Below, piece after piece: positions 52,343 to 62,070 of a stretch of 64,000 nucleotides of DNA (position 1 is the stretch's first letter; the number at the start of each line of letters is the position of its first letter). The position numbers and the translations under genes are program-made. Source of the DNA: a virus (lineage: Duplodnaviria; Caudoviricetes); the IMG/VR virus record IMGVR_UViG_2524614764_000005, positions 1 to 64,000 of that record. One strand, written 5' to 3'. Under the pieces are notes generated by a model, which searched no databases, was not told the origin of the DNA, and worked only from the letters and a program-made list of their open reading frames with translations.

Positions 52343-53248
52343 GTTATCGTAAATTTTTGAGGACGATATCGTAAAATTGATAAAATGGAGAAAAAACAGA
52401 GTAATAGCAATAGGTTTGATGATATTTTAATGAATATGAGGGAGATGTAATCGTAAAGTCGTTGTGGGAGTAAGGAAAAGTGGGTAAATCTGATGAAAAT
52501 CAGGAAAAATGGGTGAGTAGGGGAAGGGATTAACGTTGATATATAAGGCTTTTACGATAGCAAGTACGATAGAAAATAGGCTAAAATCGATAAAATTTAT
52601 AGGGTGTGGAAATGGAAGTGCTATGGGCACATTTGTTCTTTGTTTTAGCGATTTGGATGTTAATATACCCCCCTCTAATGGTAATAGATGGTTATGAATG
52701 CGTCTTATAATTATAGTTATAATGCAGATTCCTTTGCGAGTCTGCTTTTTTATTTGTGGCCAATCCAATGCACAATTAATAAGAAAAATCAACACTTTAT
52801 TGAACTAAATTTAAAAATTTTAAAAAATTGATGTGATTTTCAATATTTGTTCCATTATGCGGAACTCTTCGTATGAATAACAGGGGGCAGGAAATCGAAG
52901 TGTTATTTTTTTATATTTAATGTTTATTATTATATAGTCTTGGTACTGTAATCTTCTCACATTATCCACCTTAACTAGTCTCATCACCTTATATCTACAC
53001 ACATTCACCATAATATACTCTAATCCTCACATCAATCACACATCACCAAATCAATCCTGAGCACACTCACATCCTCATACAAAGGTTTAATTTAATCACA
53101 CAACCAATCTATCTAATCCTACTCAACACATCATACAGACGAATATAAGAACAAAAATAAATATAAGTAAATCAAATTATTAAAACACAAATTACATACA
53201 TTATCACGAATATATGTTATAATATAAGTATGGAAAGGAGGTGCAAAA

Positions 53249-53422
53249 GTGCTTGAAAAGGTGACTATAATAATGGCTTTACTTATCAGTCTTACTACAG
53301 TCTTAATCAATATGCTTGTGATTATTGAAAAGGTTGTCAGTATCACTAAAAGTATAAGCCAAAAGAAAAAGCGTACACGTAAGCGACCTAGGTCAAGGAC
53401 ACGCAAACGGATACGCCATTAA
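53249..53422 (+). CDS. yonT: Type I toxin YonT (57 aa)
   Basis: Read by hand: MLEKVTIIMALLISLTTVLINMLVIIEKVV...KKKRTRKRPRSRTRKRIRH; AGGAGGTG RBS. Confidence 0.85.
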   Translation: MLEKVTIIMALLISLTTVLINMLVIIEKVVSITKSISQKKKRTRKRPRSRTRKRIRH

Positions 53423-53460
53423 ACATCATAAGACATTGGGAGATACTTCTCCCTTTGTCA
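53360..53460 (-). ncRNA. SR6-like antisense antitoxin RNA (ends approximate)
   Basis: Minus-strand promoter TTTACA-17-TATAAT with TGn at ~53466-53492, between yonT and yoyJ as in SPbeta. Confidence 0.6.
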
Positions 53461-53498
53461 CCTATATTATAGCACCTTGCAGCACTTTGTAAACATAT

Positions 53499-53684
53499 AT
53501 GCAGCATAAACAATTAAGGTACTCACTAATCACATTCGGTATTACATTCATTGTATTCTGGCTTATTAAAGGTTTATTCAGCAGCAGCACACAATCACAT
53601 ATTATGTGGACATATGCTATTGCTACATCGATCCTTATAATCACTTGGTTGTCTTACTTTGTGTATAAAGGTTTTAAACGGTGA
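53499..53684 (+). CDS. yoyJ: YoyJ-like two-TM small protein
   Basis: Two TMs, downstream of yonT; start uncertain. Confidence 0.55.
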   Translation: MQHKQLRYSLITFGITFIVFWLIKGLFSSSTQSHIMWTYAIATSILIITWLSYFVYKGFKR

Positions 53685-53732
53685 GCGGTAGCTCAGCTCG
53701 CCATACATATAATTTTGAATAGGGGAGAACCA

Positions 53733-54965
53733 ATGTCAAAAGTAAAAATTATTGATTCGATTATGGGAAGCGGTAAAACAAGTCTAATGATTGATCACAT
53801 GAATGAATCATCTTTAGATAAACATTTCATTTTTATCACCCCATACCTGGATGAAGTATCAAGGATTAAGAAGTCATGCAGCAACAGAAAGTTTCATGAG
53901 CCTAAGGTGCACACAGAAAAGGGAGAGGTATTATATAAAATTGATTCATTTCATAAGTTGCTGTCAGAAAACAAAGACATTGTTGCTACTCACGCATTAT
54001 TTAGCATGTCTGACCAAACAACTAAAGATTTGATTTACTCAGGTAATTACACTTTGGTGCTAGACGAATCAATGGAAGTGATTAAAAAATTCAATATTTC
54101 CAAAGATGATTTAGATATGTTATTTAAAAACAAATGGATCATTAACAACAACGGTAAGATATTGTGGAACTCTGAGAATGAAGAAAAATTGAATAGGGAA
54201 TACAAAGGGGAGTTTCAGACATTAAAGAAGCTGGCCAAAAGTGATAATCTAATTTATCACAATGAATCTGTTTTGTTCTGGGAATTTCCTAGCGATGTCT
54301 TTAATAAGTTTAACAACGTGTATGTATTGACATATTTGTTTAATGCTCAGATACAAAAGTATTATTTTGACTTACACAAAATTGAATATGAATTATTATC
54401 AGTCGTAAAAGAAAATGGAAACTACAAATTAATTGCACATAATGAAAACTTGGATCAAAAGGTTAAAGCTGCTTTGAAAAATAAGATAAACATCTATGAA
54501 GGGGATTTGAACAAGGTAGGTGATGATTATTACGCATTGTCTAAGAATTGGTTTGAAAGTAGAACGGTTTTACATAAGCGATTAAAAAACAACATCTTAA
54601 ACTATTATCAAAACATCATTAAGTCTAAATCAAACGAGAACTTATGGACAACCTTTAAATCACATAAAGGGAAGTTGAGCGGTAAAGGATACACTAAAGG
54701 ATTCCTAGCGTGTAATATTAAAGCAACAAACGAATACAGTCACAAGAAAACATTAGTTTATTCAATAAATAGATTTGTTAATCCAGCAATTAAGGATTTA
54801 TTTAAGCAGAATAACATAGTGATAGATCACGATATATACGCACTATCAGAGATGATTCAATGGATTTGGAGATCAGCAATAAGAAATAATAAATCAATCA
54901 ACATTTACATTCCATCGTCTAGAATGAGAAACCTTTTAATAAAGTGGTTAGAAAATGACCTATGA
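53733..54965 (+). CDS. yonV: YonV-like helicase-fold ATPase
   Basis: MGSGKTS, LVLDES, QWIWRSAIR. Confidence 0.8.
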   Translation: MSKVKIIDSIMGSGKTSLMIDHMNESSLDKHFIFITPYLDEVSRIKKSCSNRKFHEPKVHTEKGEVLYKIDSFHKLLSENKDIVATHALFSMSDQTTKDLIYSGNYTLVLDESMEVIKKFNISKDDLDMLFKNKWIINNNGKILWNSENEEKLNREYKGEFQTLKKLAKSDNLIYHNESVLFWEFPSDVFNKFNNVYVLTYLFNAQIQKYYFDLHKIEYELLSVVKENGNYKLIAHNENLDQKVKAALKNKINIYEGDLNKVGDDYYALSKNWFESRTVLHKRLKNNILNYYQNIIKSKSNENLWTTFKSHKGKLSGKGYTKGFLACNIKATNEYSHKKTLVYSINRFVNPAIKDLFKQNNIVIDHDIYALSEMIQWIWRSAIRNNKSINIYIPSSRMRNLLIKWLENDL

Positions 54966-55200
54966 AAAAAAAAGCAATAAACCATTTTGAAAACTCAACT
55001 ACCGCAACAGTTTTTAGATGTCTCCCGTAAAAGAAAAGAAGTTAAAATTATAAATAATATATAGACTAAAAATAAGACCTTGGGGTGCTGACTTTGGTCA
55101 CTTCAACAAGTTGAATTGCCCTTTCGTCCTACACCACCCCAAACCCCTCATAGGACGTAATAAAATACTAAAAAAAATTAAAAATAACACACAAAAAATA

Positions 55201-55229
55201 TTGATTAAAATACAAATAACATATATAAT
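55201..55229 (+). promoter_or_regulatory. SigA promoter with SPBRE-like operator in the spacer
   Basis: TTGATT-17-TATAAT enclosing aaaatacaaataacatat. Confidence 0.75.
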
Positions 55230-55277
55230 GAAGATATAGAAAAGAACGAAATAAAATGAATATTTTAAAGGGAGAGA

Positions 55278-55472
55278 TTGGATATGAAAAAAGAAAAACC
55301 GAACAACTGGGTATGGACTAAATTAACAGAAGAAAAGCATCCTGATAGAAAAGCTGGAACACCTGTCCATACAGCTTATATGAGAGAGGGTGACGCTGAG
55401 TGGTCTCCTCACAGCTCATGGATTGCTAAAGGATATATCCAGCATGTTGATACGCTAAACTCGTCACAGTGA
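55278..55472 (+). CDS. Hypothetical protein
   Basis: GGGAG RBS. Confidence 0.65.
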   Translation: MDMKKEKPNNWVWTKLTEEKHPDRKAGTPVHTAYMREGDAEWSPHSSWIAKGYIQHVDTLNSSQ

Positions 55473-55570
55473 GTATAAACAAGCATTAGGCTGTGAGCGT
55501 CCTGGTCAATAGTGGCCAGGGGTTGTATCAAATGAAATTCTAATTTTATACAGAAGGAGAATGAGATAAT

Positions 55571-55816
55571 ATGACAAAAGAAAATAGAAACTTAGATATG
55601 CTTGAAGCCGAAAGAAAGATTGCTAAAAATAGATTGCAAGAACAGATTATTAGTATTAAAAGAACCTTGGATGATCTTGAATTTAAGCTCAAGAAAGATG
55701 ACAGGTATTTATTTTCATCTGATGGGCTTATGGGGAATAGTAATAGTATTGATATTTATTTAAATCAAGTTGTTGCATACGATCGAGCAATAGAATTAAT
55801 GAAAAGTGAAAGTTAA
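55571..55816 (+). CDS. Hypothetical protein
   Basis: AAGGAG RBS. Confidence 0.7.
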   Translation: MTKENRNLDMLEAERKIAKNRLQEQIISIKRTLDDLEFKLKKDDRYLFSSDGLMGNSNSIDIYLNQVVAYDRAIELMKSES

Positions 55817-55887
55817 ATAAAATGTTGATTTTCTACAGAAGGGAGTGATTCTGTCTGAAATACTTAAACGAGGCTGAACAGCGTGAA

Positions 55888-56187
55888 ATGTTGGAAGAAG
55901 AGGCTGAGAATTATTTGAGAAACCTCTACAATTCTAATCCAGTCGGCAGGGATGAAACCCCTAGCGTTTACCTGTCACAAGGAAAAATACAGGGTATGTG
56001 TAGAATATTTAATGCGACATTTACAGTAGAGCTTCGCAGAAAGATCACATTTTATAAATACAATAAATATCTTGATGAGAAGTTTTGGTTTCATGTAGAG
56101 AGTGAATATTTAACAAAGGAAGAAGCAGAACGTTTAATTAGCCAGATAAACAGGGATAACAGAGAAATCATGCAAGGGCTGTTATGA
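55888..56187 (+). CDS. Hypothetical protein
   Basis: ORF; start uncertain. Confidence 0.6.
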   Translation: MLEEEAENYLRNLYNSNPVGRDETPSVYLSQGKIQGMCRIFNATFTVELRRKITFYKYNKYLDEKFWFHVESEYLTKEEAERLISQINRDNREIMQGLL

Positions 56188-56204
56188 GGAAGAGGGGGCA
56201 ACCA

Positions 56205-56384
56205 ATGAAATTTAAAAACAAATATGATGCTTTAAATTACATCAATGAAAAATACGATGTTGTAAGCCATGAGGTAACATCATTTGAAGAGATAGATGAG
56301 TTTTGGCATTGTCTTAAACAATTGAATTTCATGAATAAGATACATGGTGATGATTTTAAGTTGGCAGAAAAAATTTGTGTGTGA
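56205..56384 (+). CDS. Hypothetical protein (probable start MKFKN)
   Basis: AGGGGG RBS. Confidence 0.55.
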   Translation: MKFKNKYDALNYINEKYDVVSHEVTSFEEIDEFWHCLKQLNFMNKIHGDDFKLAEKICV

Positions 56385-56407
56385 TCTGTATAGAGGAGAT
56401 TTATAAA

Positions 56408-56590
56408 ATGAACAAAAAAGAAATGACGGAGCAGGAGTTAAATGATATAAAAACTGAAATATTTCAATTAGAATCAGACAGAAATAATGTTGGTCATGCA
56501 GGCGTGATTGAATATATAGAGAAAAATTTGAAATTGTTGCGATTAGAAGAGGAGATGTATAAAAAAGAATTAGAAAGATTGAATGGATAG
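56408..56590 (+). CDS. Hypothetical coiled-coil protein (probable start MNKKE)
   Basis: GAGGAG RBS. Confidence 0.6.
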   Translation: MNKKEMTEQELNDIKTEIFQLESDRNNVGHAGVIEYIEKNLKLLRLEEEMYKKELERLNG

Positions 56591-56614
56591 AATATTAATC
56601 TTCCACAGAAAGGA

Positions 56615-56809
56615 GTGATGAGATTGGGAAATGAAGTTGTGTTTCTTTGCAGAAAATGCAATCATCACCTGTTTGCCGAAAATCCTACGATAAACACATT
56701 AAAAAGCATTTCAAAAATGGATTGCCCTGAATGTGGAGAAGAGGGTTATCATAATTGGATACTCTCACATGTGGGTGATTCTGAGAAAGAGAACTATAAT
56801 TGGAAATAG
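56615..56809 (+). CDS. Zinc-ribbon small protein
   Basis: CRKC...CPEC. Confidence 0.7.
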   Translation: MMRLGNEVVFLCRKCNHHLFAENPTINTLKSISKMDCPECGEEGYHNWILSHVGDSEKENYNWK

Positions 56810-56842
56810 TTAAATTGTTTCTTGCAGGACGGAGTGGTAAAT

Positions 56843-57121
56843 ATGAGCAATGAAAACACTTGGGGATTAGCTTTTATCCAGATCGATGTCAAAGAGGATA
56901 GGTTCAATGAATTACTGTCACTAAACTTGGGTTCAGAACATAAGGCAAGGGAAGTTTTTAATCGTGTTAAGAATGAGTTTAAGGAAAATGACGGAGAACC
57001 TGATGGTGTTATTGATCTTATAGATGAAAATGAAGAAATTATCGATGATTATGCACTTACTACAAATCAATTGATTACAGTTGCCGCAATGCTTGGTCAT
57101 GAAATCGGAAAATCAAAATAA
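56843..57121 (+). CDS. Acidic hypothetical protein (probable start MSNEN)
   Basis: GGAGTGG RBS. Confidence 0.65.
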   Translation: MSNENTWGLAFIQIDVKEDRFNELLSLNLGSEHKAREVFNRVKNEFKENDGEPDGVIDLIDENEEIIDDYALTTNQLITVAAMLGHEIGKSK

Positions 57122-57165
57122 AATGTTTCTTTTATACATAATGGAATTGTTTTTAATAAAGGAGG

Positions 57166-57471
57166 ATGATTAGTATCGCAAACAAAGGAGATATTCTTGT
57201 ATTCAAAGACGGTCAAGAATGTATGGTTGTCGAAAATAAAATAAGTCAAGGCAGCTACAATGAAAAAGGCGAATACCATAGCTGGGATGACAGCAGGTGG
57301 ATATTAGTGAATTTGGCAACAGGAAGTGTTGTATTACATTATCGATACAATATTCGATATGAAGATGGAATGCCTTATATACCTATGTGGGGCGGAGTAA
57401 CAAAAGTTAAAAAAAAGGGATCAGAAGAAATAATACGTTTGAGTGAAAATAAGATAAAACATGAGTTTTAA
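57166..57471 (+). CDS. Hypothetical protein
   Basis: AAGGAGG RBS. Confidence 0.65.
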   Translation: MISIANKGDILVFKDGQECMVVENKISQGSYNEKGEYHSWDDSRWILVNLATGSVVLHYRYNIRYEDGMPYIPMWGGVTKVKKKGSEEIIRLSENKIKHEF

Positions 57472-57508
57472 ACAAATAAATAACACATATTAAAAAGGAG
57501 TAATAGTC

Positions 57509-57679
57509 ATGTATGTTGTTAGATTAAATGGTGGTTACTTTAAAAAGGGATATATCAATATTGCAGGATTAGAGTTAGATCCATCAACGCCATTGAAAAA
57601 AGATGCTAGGAAGTTTAAGAGCATGAAACAAGCTTATTTTTTCTCTTATAAAATGAATGGCAAAGTCGAGAAAGCATAA
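57509..57679 (+). CDS. Small hypothetical protein (56 aa, MYVVRLNGGY...)
   Basis: Read by hand; AAGGAG RBS. Confidence 0.65.
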   Translation: MYVVRLNGGYFKKGYINIAGLELDPSTPLKKDARKFKSMKQAYFFSYKMNGKVEKA

Positions 57680-57707
57680 TAAATATTCTTAAAGGAGTGT
57701 ACCATGA

Positions 57708-57818
57708 ATGAAAACAATCCAGGAGCGGTTATTAAAACGGCGAGATGATTTAATCAGTGTTGCTGTATTTAGTATATTGGCCATTATGCTGCTTTGTGCA
57801 TTTGTTTATTCTGGATGA
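57708..57818 (+). CDS. Small membrane peptide (36 aa, MKTIQERLLKRRDDLISVAVFSILAIMLLCAFVYSG)
   Basis: Read by hand; AAGGAG RBS; C-terminal TM. Confidence 0.55.
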   Translation: MKTIQERLLKRRDDLISVAVFSILAIMLLCAFVYSG

Positions 57819-57852
57819 ATTATAAATTACATATATTTGAGAGGTGAATAAT

Positions 57853-58011
57853 ATGCGAGATCTAATTAAGAAAGAACTTTCAAAACCAAGTATACACAAC
57901 ATGTTTAAAGGTTGGGCAGATCAGGAACAAATTTTAGATGAACTTGAAGAAGGGTACGTAAGTTATGATGGCAGCGTAGAGGATTACTTAAGTAACAAAT
58001 TAAACTACTGA
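57853..58011 (+). CDS. Small hypothetical protein (52 aa)
   Basis: Read by hand; GAGGTG RBS. Confidence 0.6.
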   Translation: MRDLIKKELSKPSIHNMFKGWADQEQILDELEEGYVSYDGSVEDYLSNKLNY

Positions 58012-58038
58012 GCTTCTACATAAAAAGGGGTATGACCA

Positions 58039-58212
58039 ATGCCAATTGGAAAACAATTAAAACAAAAATTAGCTAACACAAATGCTTTTGAGAAGAAACA
58101 TAATGAATTCTTAATAGAAATTAAAGAATTTAAAAATAATAAAGAACTCCAAAATGAATATAAACGTGTGCAGCATGTTCTGAAAGATTCAATTGATGGG
58201 AGAGAGTCTTAA
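58039..58212 (+). CDS. Small hypothetical protein (57 aa)
   Basis: Read by hand; stop overlaps the next ATG. Confidence 0.55.
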   Translation: MPIGKQLKQKLANTNAFEKKHNEFLIEIKEFKNNKELQNEYKRVQHVLKDSIDGRES

Positions 58213-58835
58213 TGGAAAGCAGTGAAAGTGCATCACTTAAAGTGCCTAAACATATCATAAGAAATGATAAATTCTATATAACAAATCAGGAATTTCATCT
58301 ATACGCTTACCTTTGCTATATGAATTTCAGAAATTTCAATGAAGAAGAGATGGAAGTAGATCATCTCAAACTGAAAAATCTTCTTAAGATCAGTGACGCT
58401 AGGACATTGAAGAAGCGTTTAAACACCTTACATAAGCATAATCTTATAAGGAATAAAATCGATAAACTTCCAACCAAGGGTACTATGAAAATTATCTTTA
58501 ATGGAGATGTGAAAAAGGATCAAATGTTCTGCAAGATGAATCCAATCATATTTACATATTTTAAGAATGATCAAATAGACTCGAATGGAATTAGGTTGGC
58601 TTTTTATTACAAGAGTTTCTCACATGAAGGATACTGTACAGTGGGGTTTGAAACACTAAAAGAGAATTTGAAAATTGGGAATAGTACTATTTCCAATTCA
58701 AACAAATCTTTAGAGAGGTCAGAACTTCTGAAAATAAAATCACATAAGTTAGAAACGTATGGTTACAACCAAAAAGATGCGTTGGTTATCGATAGTTGGA
58801 GTAATCATTACCAAATCTTAGAACCATTACGTTAA
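58212..58835 (+). CDS. Tandem winged-helix protein (replication-initiator-like)
   Basis: Two HTH_36-like repeats (EFHLYAYL..; RLAFYYK..TLKENLKIGNSTI). Confidence 0.6.
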   Translation: MESSESASLKVPKHIIRNDKFYITNQEFHLYAYLCYMNFRNFNEEEMEVDHLKLKNLLKISDARTLKKRLNTLHKHNLIRNKIDKLPTKGTMKIIFNGDVKKDQMFCKMNPIIFTYFKNDQIDSNGIRLAFYYKSFSHEGYCTVGFETLKENLKIGNSTISNSNKSLERSELLKIKSHKLETYGYNQKDALVIDSWSNHYQILEPLR

Positions 58836-58893
58836 TTATTGAAAAAACAGTAATAAATTTCAATAGTTTAAAATAAGAGATAGGAGAGGTTTT

Positions 58894-59580
58894 TTGAGTA
58901 ATAACTCTGAATTACTAATTGCAAATGATGTCATCAGAGATCCGAATTTATCCAGTGAAGAATTTTCAGTTTACGCCGTTCTGATAAGGCTTTACTTCTC
59001 TAAAAAAGAGAAAGTGAATCCGATTCAAGTTAACCATAAACGAATTAGTGAACGGTTGGGAATACCAAAGAACGAGACTTTGAAAAAATACATAAATGGG
59101 CTTTATGAGAAGAAATTGATACTTAATAAGGTTGATGCTTTACCAAGAAAAGGCTTAATAGACATAACGTTAAATGAATCTCGACTACCTGTAAAGGGTA
59201 GCAATATAACTTTCACTCAAACCACTGAGAGCATTATATCATCCGAATGTGTGTCGCAAATTAAAATGAAGGGTATAAGGCTCTACTTCTATTTAAAGAG
59301 CTACATGGACACAAGGCACACTCCTTCATTTGCTTATCCAGGGATGGATAGAATTTCCGCCGAAACGGGAGTTGCAAAAAACACCATTAGAAAACATTTA
59401 TCTCTAATGAAAAACAAAAGGTTTATTGATATTCAACATTCGGATAAGCAAAGTTCCAAAGAGTCTTATTATGGTGAAGACGATCAAGTTATTACCACTG
59501 GATATCAGAACAAGTACATTTTATATGATCATCACATCAATGAATATGCAAGAAAGAATAGCGGTTTATCATGTGGTTGA
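58894..59580 (+). CDS. Tandem winged-helix protein, paralogue of 58212-58835
   Basis: LSSEEFSVYAVL; RLYFYLK..AYPGMDRISAETGVAKNTIRKHL. Confidence 0.65.
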   Translation: MSNNSELLIANDVIRDPNLSSEEFSVYAVLIRLYFSKKEKVNPIQVNHKRISERLGIPKNETLKKYINGLYEKKLILNKVDALPRKGLIDITLNESRLPVKGSNITFTQTTESIISSECVSQIKMKGIRLYFYLKSYMDTRHTPSFAYPGMDRISAETGVAKNTIRKHLSLMKNKRFIDIQHSDKQSSKESYYGEDDQVITTGYQNKYILYDHHINEYARKNSGLSCG

Positions 59581-60146
59581 AACCCAGTGTTCATACGAAG
59601 TGCAAAAATGTTGCGATATGGCAGCAAATAAAATACTCAAGTAAAATGGTGCTTGTGTTACTATCATTTCAAATGAGAGTATTTATTCATCACAGATGAC
59701 GGGCTATGTTAAACATAGGGCTTAGTTTCAACCGACACTCTCACAGCGCAATTTTGAGCTGTCAACTCATGAAGTAGTAATAAGCTGATGTCATTTGAAA
59801 CGACGGGAGATGCCGTCACGAATCGTTACGTCATCAATAAACAAATACTCACTCACCACAAAATTGTGGTCAGTAAAAAATTTATGGAATAGGGTGTAGT
59901 AAACAGAGTGTGTAGAAGGAGATTTTTCACTCAGTAATCTTTCCGAGTGAAAACATGAAATGAGCTTAATTTTGAGCCGGTGTCATTTCAAATGAGACCG
60001 GCTTCTGAATAAAATGATGTTTTTATTAATAAAATAATAATGTTGAAACTGATATCCTACTAAACTAACAATATGTTACAATGCCAATATAAGGATAACT
60101 TTAAAAGTAACTCACAAATGACAGCTGCTGAAAGGTTTGTTGAAAA

Positions 60147-60773
60147 ATGACAATGTTGATAGTTATGGCAACAGATAACAGTATTATTATGACTGCCGAT
60201 AAAAGAGTTACAAGAACAGATGGTTATGGGAAAGTTATAAAGATTGTGTCGGATGATTATAAAAAAATAAAAATAATAAAAGGGAAGTATATTGTTTCTT
60301 TTGCTGGCAGAACAGCAATTGCGGAAAAAGCATTCAAATTTATTGATGAAAAAATTGTATCGTTGGAATATGACATTCATTTGTTTTTTAAAAATGCATT
60401 TCAATACGGAAAAGCCTGTTTTGAAAACAGTTTTCCAAATATAGAACCTACATCAGTATTCTTTCTGGGTTATATTAAAGATGATACGAGTTATTTAAAA
60501 GGCTACTCATCAGACGATGATTACAAAGGAATGCCTATCTCTGATAGTATAAAGGTTAGAGCGGAATCCCTTGTTGTGGAGAATCTCCTTTTTAATGAGA
60601 CGCAAAATTTCCTATCAACCAAAATATCTAGTCGACCATCTTTTTATCAGTCCAATGAAAACCTTTCAGTTCTTTTTTCTGAAGCAATTAAAAGAATGAA
60701 TGATCAAATGATTGGAAAAACAACCTACTCTGTGGTTTTAACATCTAATGGTGCAACAGAACTGCACAATTAA
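60147..60773 (+). CDS. Ntn-hydrolase / proteasome-beta-like protein
   Basis: Met-Thr start, IIMTADKRVT, KI, VSFAG pattern. Confidence 0.6.
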   Translation: MTMLIVMATDNSIIMTADKRVTRTDGYGKVIKIVSDDYKKIKIIKGKYIVSFAGRTAIAEKAFKFIDEKIVSLEYDIHLFFKNAFQYGKACFENSFPNIEPTSVFFLGYIKDDTSYLKGYSSDDDYKGMPISDSIKVRAESLVVENLLFNETQNFLSTKISSRPSFYQSNENLSVLFSEAIKRMNDQMIGKTTYSVVLTSNGATELHN

Positions 60774-60869
60774 CTTATTGACTGTTATAAGAAACAATTG
60801 CAAAATGAGCTTCAGTGTTAGTAATAAAGATCAAATAAAATCATTCTTTTAAGGAGAGGTGACAGTTAG

Positions 60870-61922
60870 TTGATTAACATTTTTATAGATACGAACATCT
60901 ATGAGGCGAAGAATTTTAATTTTGATAATAGTAGTATTTCCAGGCTGCAAAATTTCATTGAGAATGAGCATGTTGAATTATTTATAACACCCGTAATAAT
61001 AAAAGAAATCGAAGATCACATTGAACAAAAGGTTGAGGGGTCAGGGAAACAAATTAAGGAATTTAAACAAAATGCGCCTATTATGATAAATTTTGAACCA
61101 TTAAAAAAGATATGGGATCGCGACTTGATAAATCAAGCAAAATTGAAAATTTTAGACCGCTTTCATGAATTTTTAAGAATAAATAGAGTGTATACAGTTC
61201 CTATCAGTGTCACTTATGCAAATCAAATTATACAAAATTACCTTGAAGGCAGTGCGCCTTTTAGTAAAAAAAAGAAGAAAGAATTCCCAGACGCTTTTAC
61301 TATGTATACTCTTTTGGAATGGGCTGAAAAAAATAACGAGATAATTTGTATAATTAGTAATGATAAGGAAATTAGGGATTTTTGTGAGGGTAATTCTAGA
61401 CTCTATTACATCAAGACATTGGAAGAGGCCTTTGATTATATAAACCAACAAGATGATGTTAAGTATCAACAAGCTCAAAACATTTATATGGATCATCTGG
61501 AACAATTTCTAGATGATATAGACAATGAAATTAATGAAGCATGCTTTGCTTTTAATATAGAGGTTTTTGATGTTGAAGATGTAAAAGTAAAAGACTTTTC
61601 TCTTGTGAGAGAAGGGGAATGCTACGATGAGCCTCGGGTTCTTGAATTAGAAGATAGTAAACTTACATTTGTACTTGATGTTAATTTTGAGTTTACTATT
61701 GTAACCAGTAAAATTGACCCCACAAGATCTCCATACGATTCTGAGGAGGGAATGTACTTATACATAGAATATGAAGAAACAGAATATACAGAAATCGTTG
61801 AGCTACCGGTAGAACTTGAATTAAATGTTCAGGATTATGAGAAACAAGACTTTATTATCGAATCAATAAAAATAAATAATGATGAAGCATATCTACATAC
61901 TATTAATGATGATTATTTTTAA
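60870..61922 (+). CDS. PIN-domain protein (DUF4935/PIN_12-like)
   Basis: IFIDTNI, E-I, APF..KKEFPDAF, IISNDK. Confidence 0.8.
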   Translation: MINIFIDTNIYEAKNFNFDNSSISRLQNFIENEHVELFITPVIIKEIEDHIEQKVEGSGKQIKEFKQNAPIMINFEPLKKIWDRDLINQAKLKILDRFHEFLRINRVYTVPISVTYANQIIQNYLEGSAPFSKKKKKEFPDAFTMYTLLEWAEKNNEIICIISNDKEIRDFCEGNSRLYYIKTLEEAFDYINQQDDVKYQQAQNIYMDHLEQFLDDIDNEINEACFAFNIEVFDVEDVKVKDFSLVREGECYDEPRVLELEDSKLTFVLDVNFEFTIVTSKIDPTRSPYDSEEGMYLYIEYEETEYTEIVELPVELELNVQDYEKQDFIIESIKINNDEAYLHTINDDYF

Positions 61923-61977
61923 AATTAAATGTGCTATTTTAAATAAAAGAAGTATTTCATTTAGAAGGTGATGAAAA

Positions 61978-62010
61978 ATGAATCTTGAAGCAATTAAAGT
62001 AGGAGGTTGA
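61978..62010 (+). CDS. Micro-ORF MNLEAIKVGG (arbitrium-peptide-like)
   Basis: Read by hand; AAGGTGA RBS. Confidence 0.5.
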   Translation: MNLEAIKVGG

Positions 62011-62029
62011 CAGTATGGGAGGTGAGTTC

Positions 62030-62056
62030 ATGGCTGATATTCGTCCAGGAGGATAA
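62030..62056 (+). CDS. Micro-ORF MADIRPGG (arbitrium-peptide-like; alternative in-frame start 62015)
   Basis: Read by hand; GGGAGGTG RBS; terminator follows. Confidence 0.55.
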   Translation: MADIRPGG

Positions 62057-62070
62057 GAGTGGAGGAGGGA

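Noticed and set aside
52427-53406. Minus-strand ORFs 52427-52795, 52820-53011 and 53131-53406
   Set aside because: No RBS; the last is antisense to yonT.
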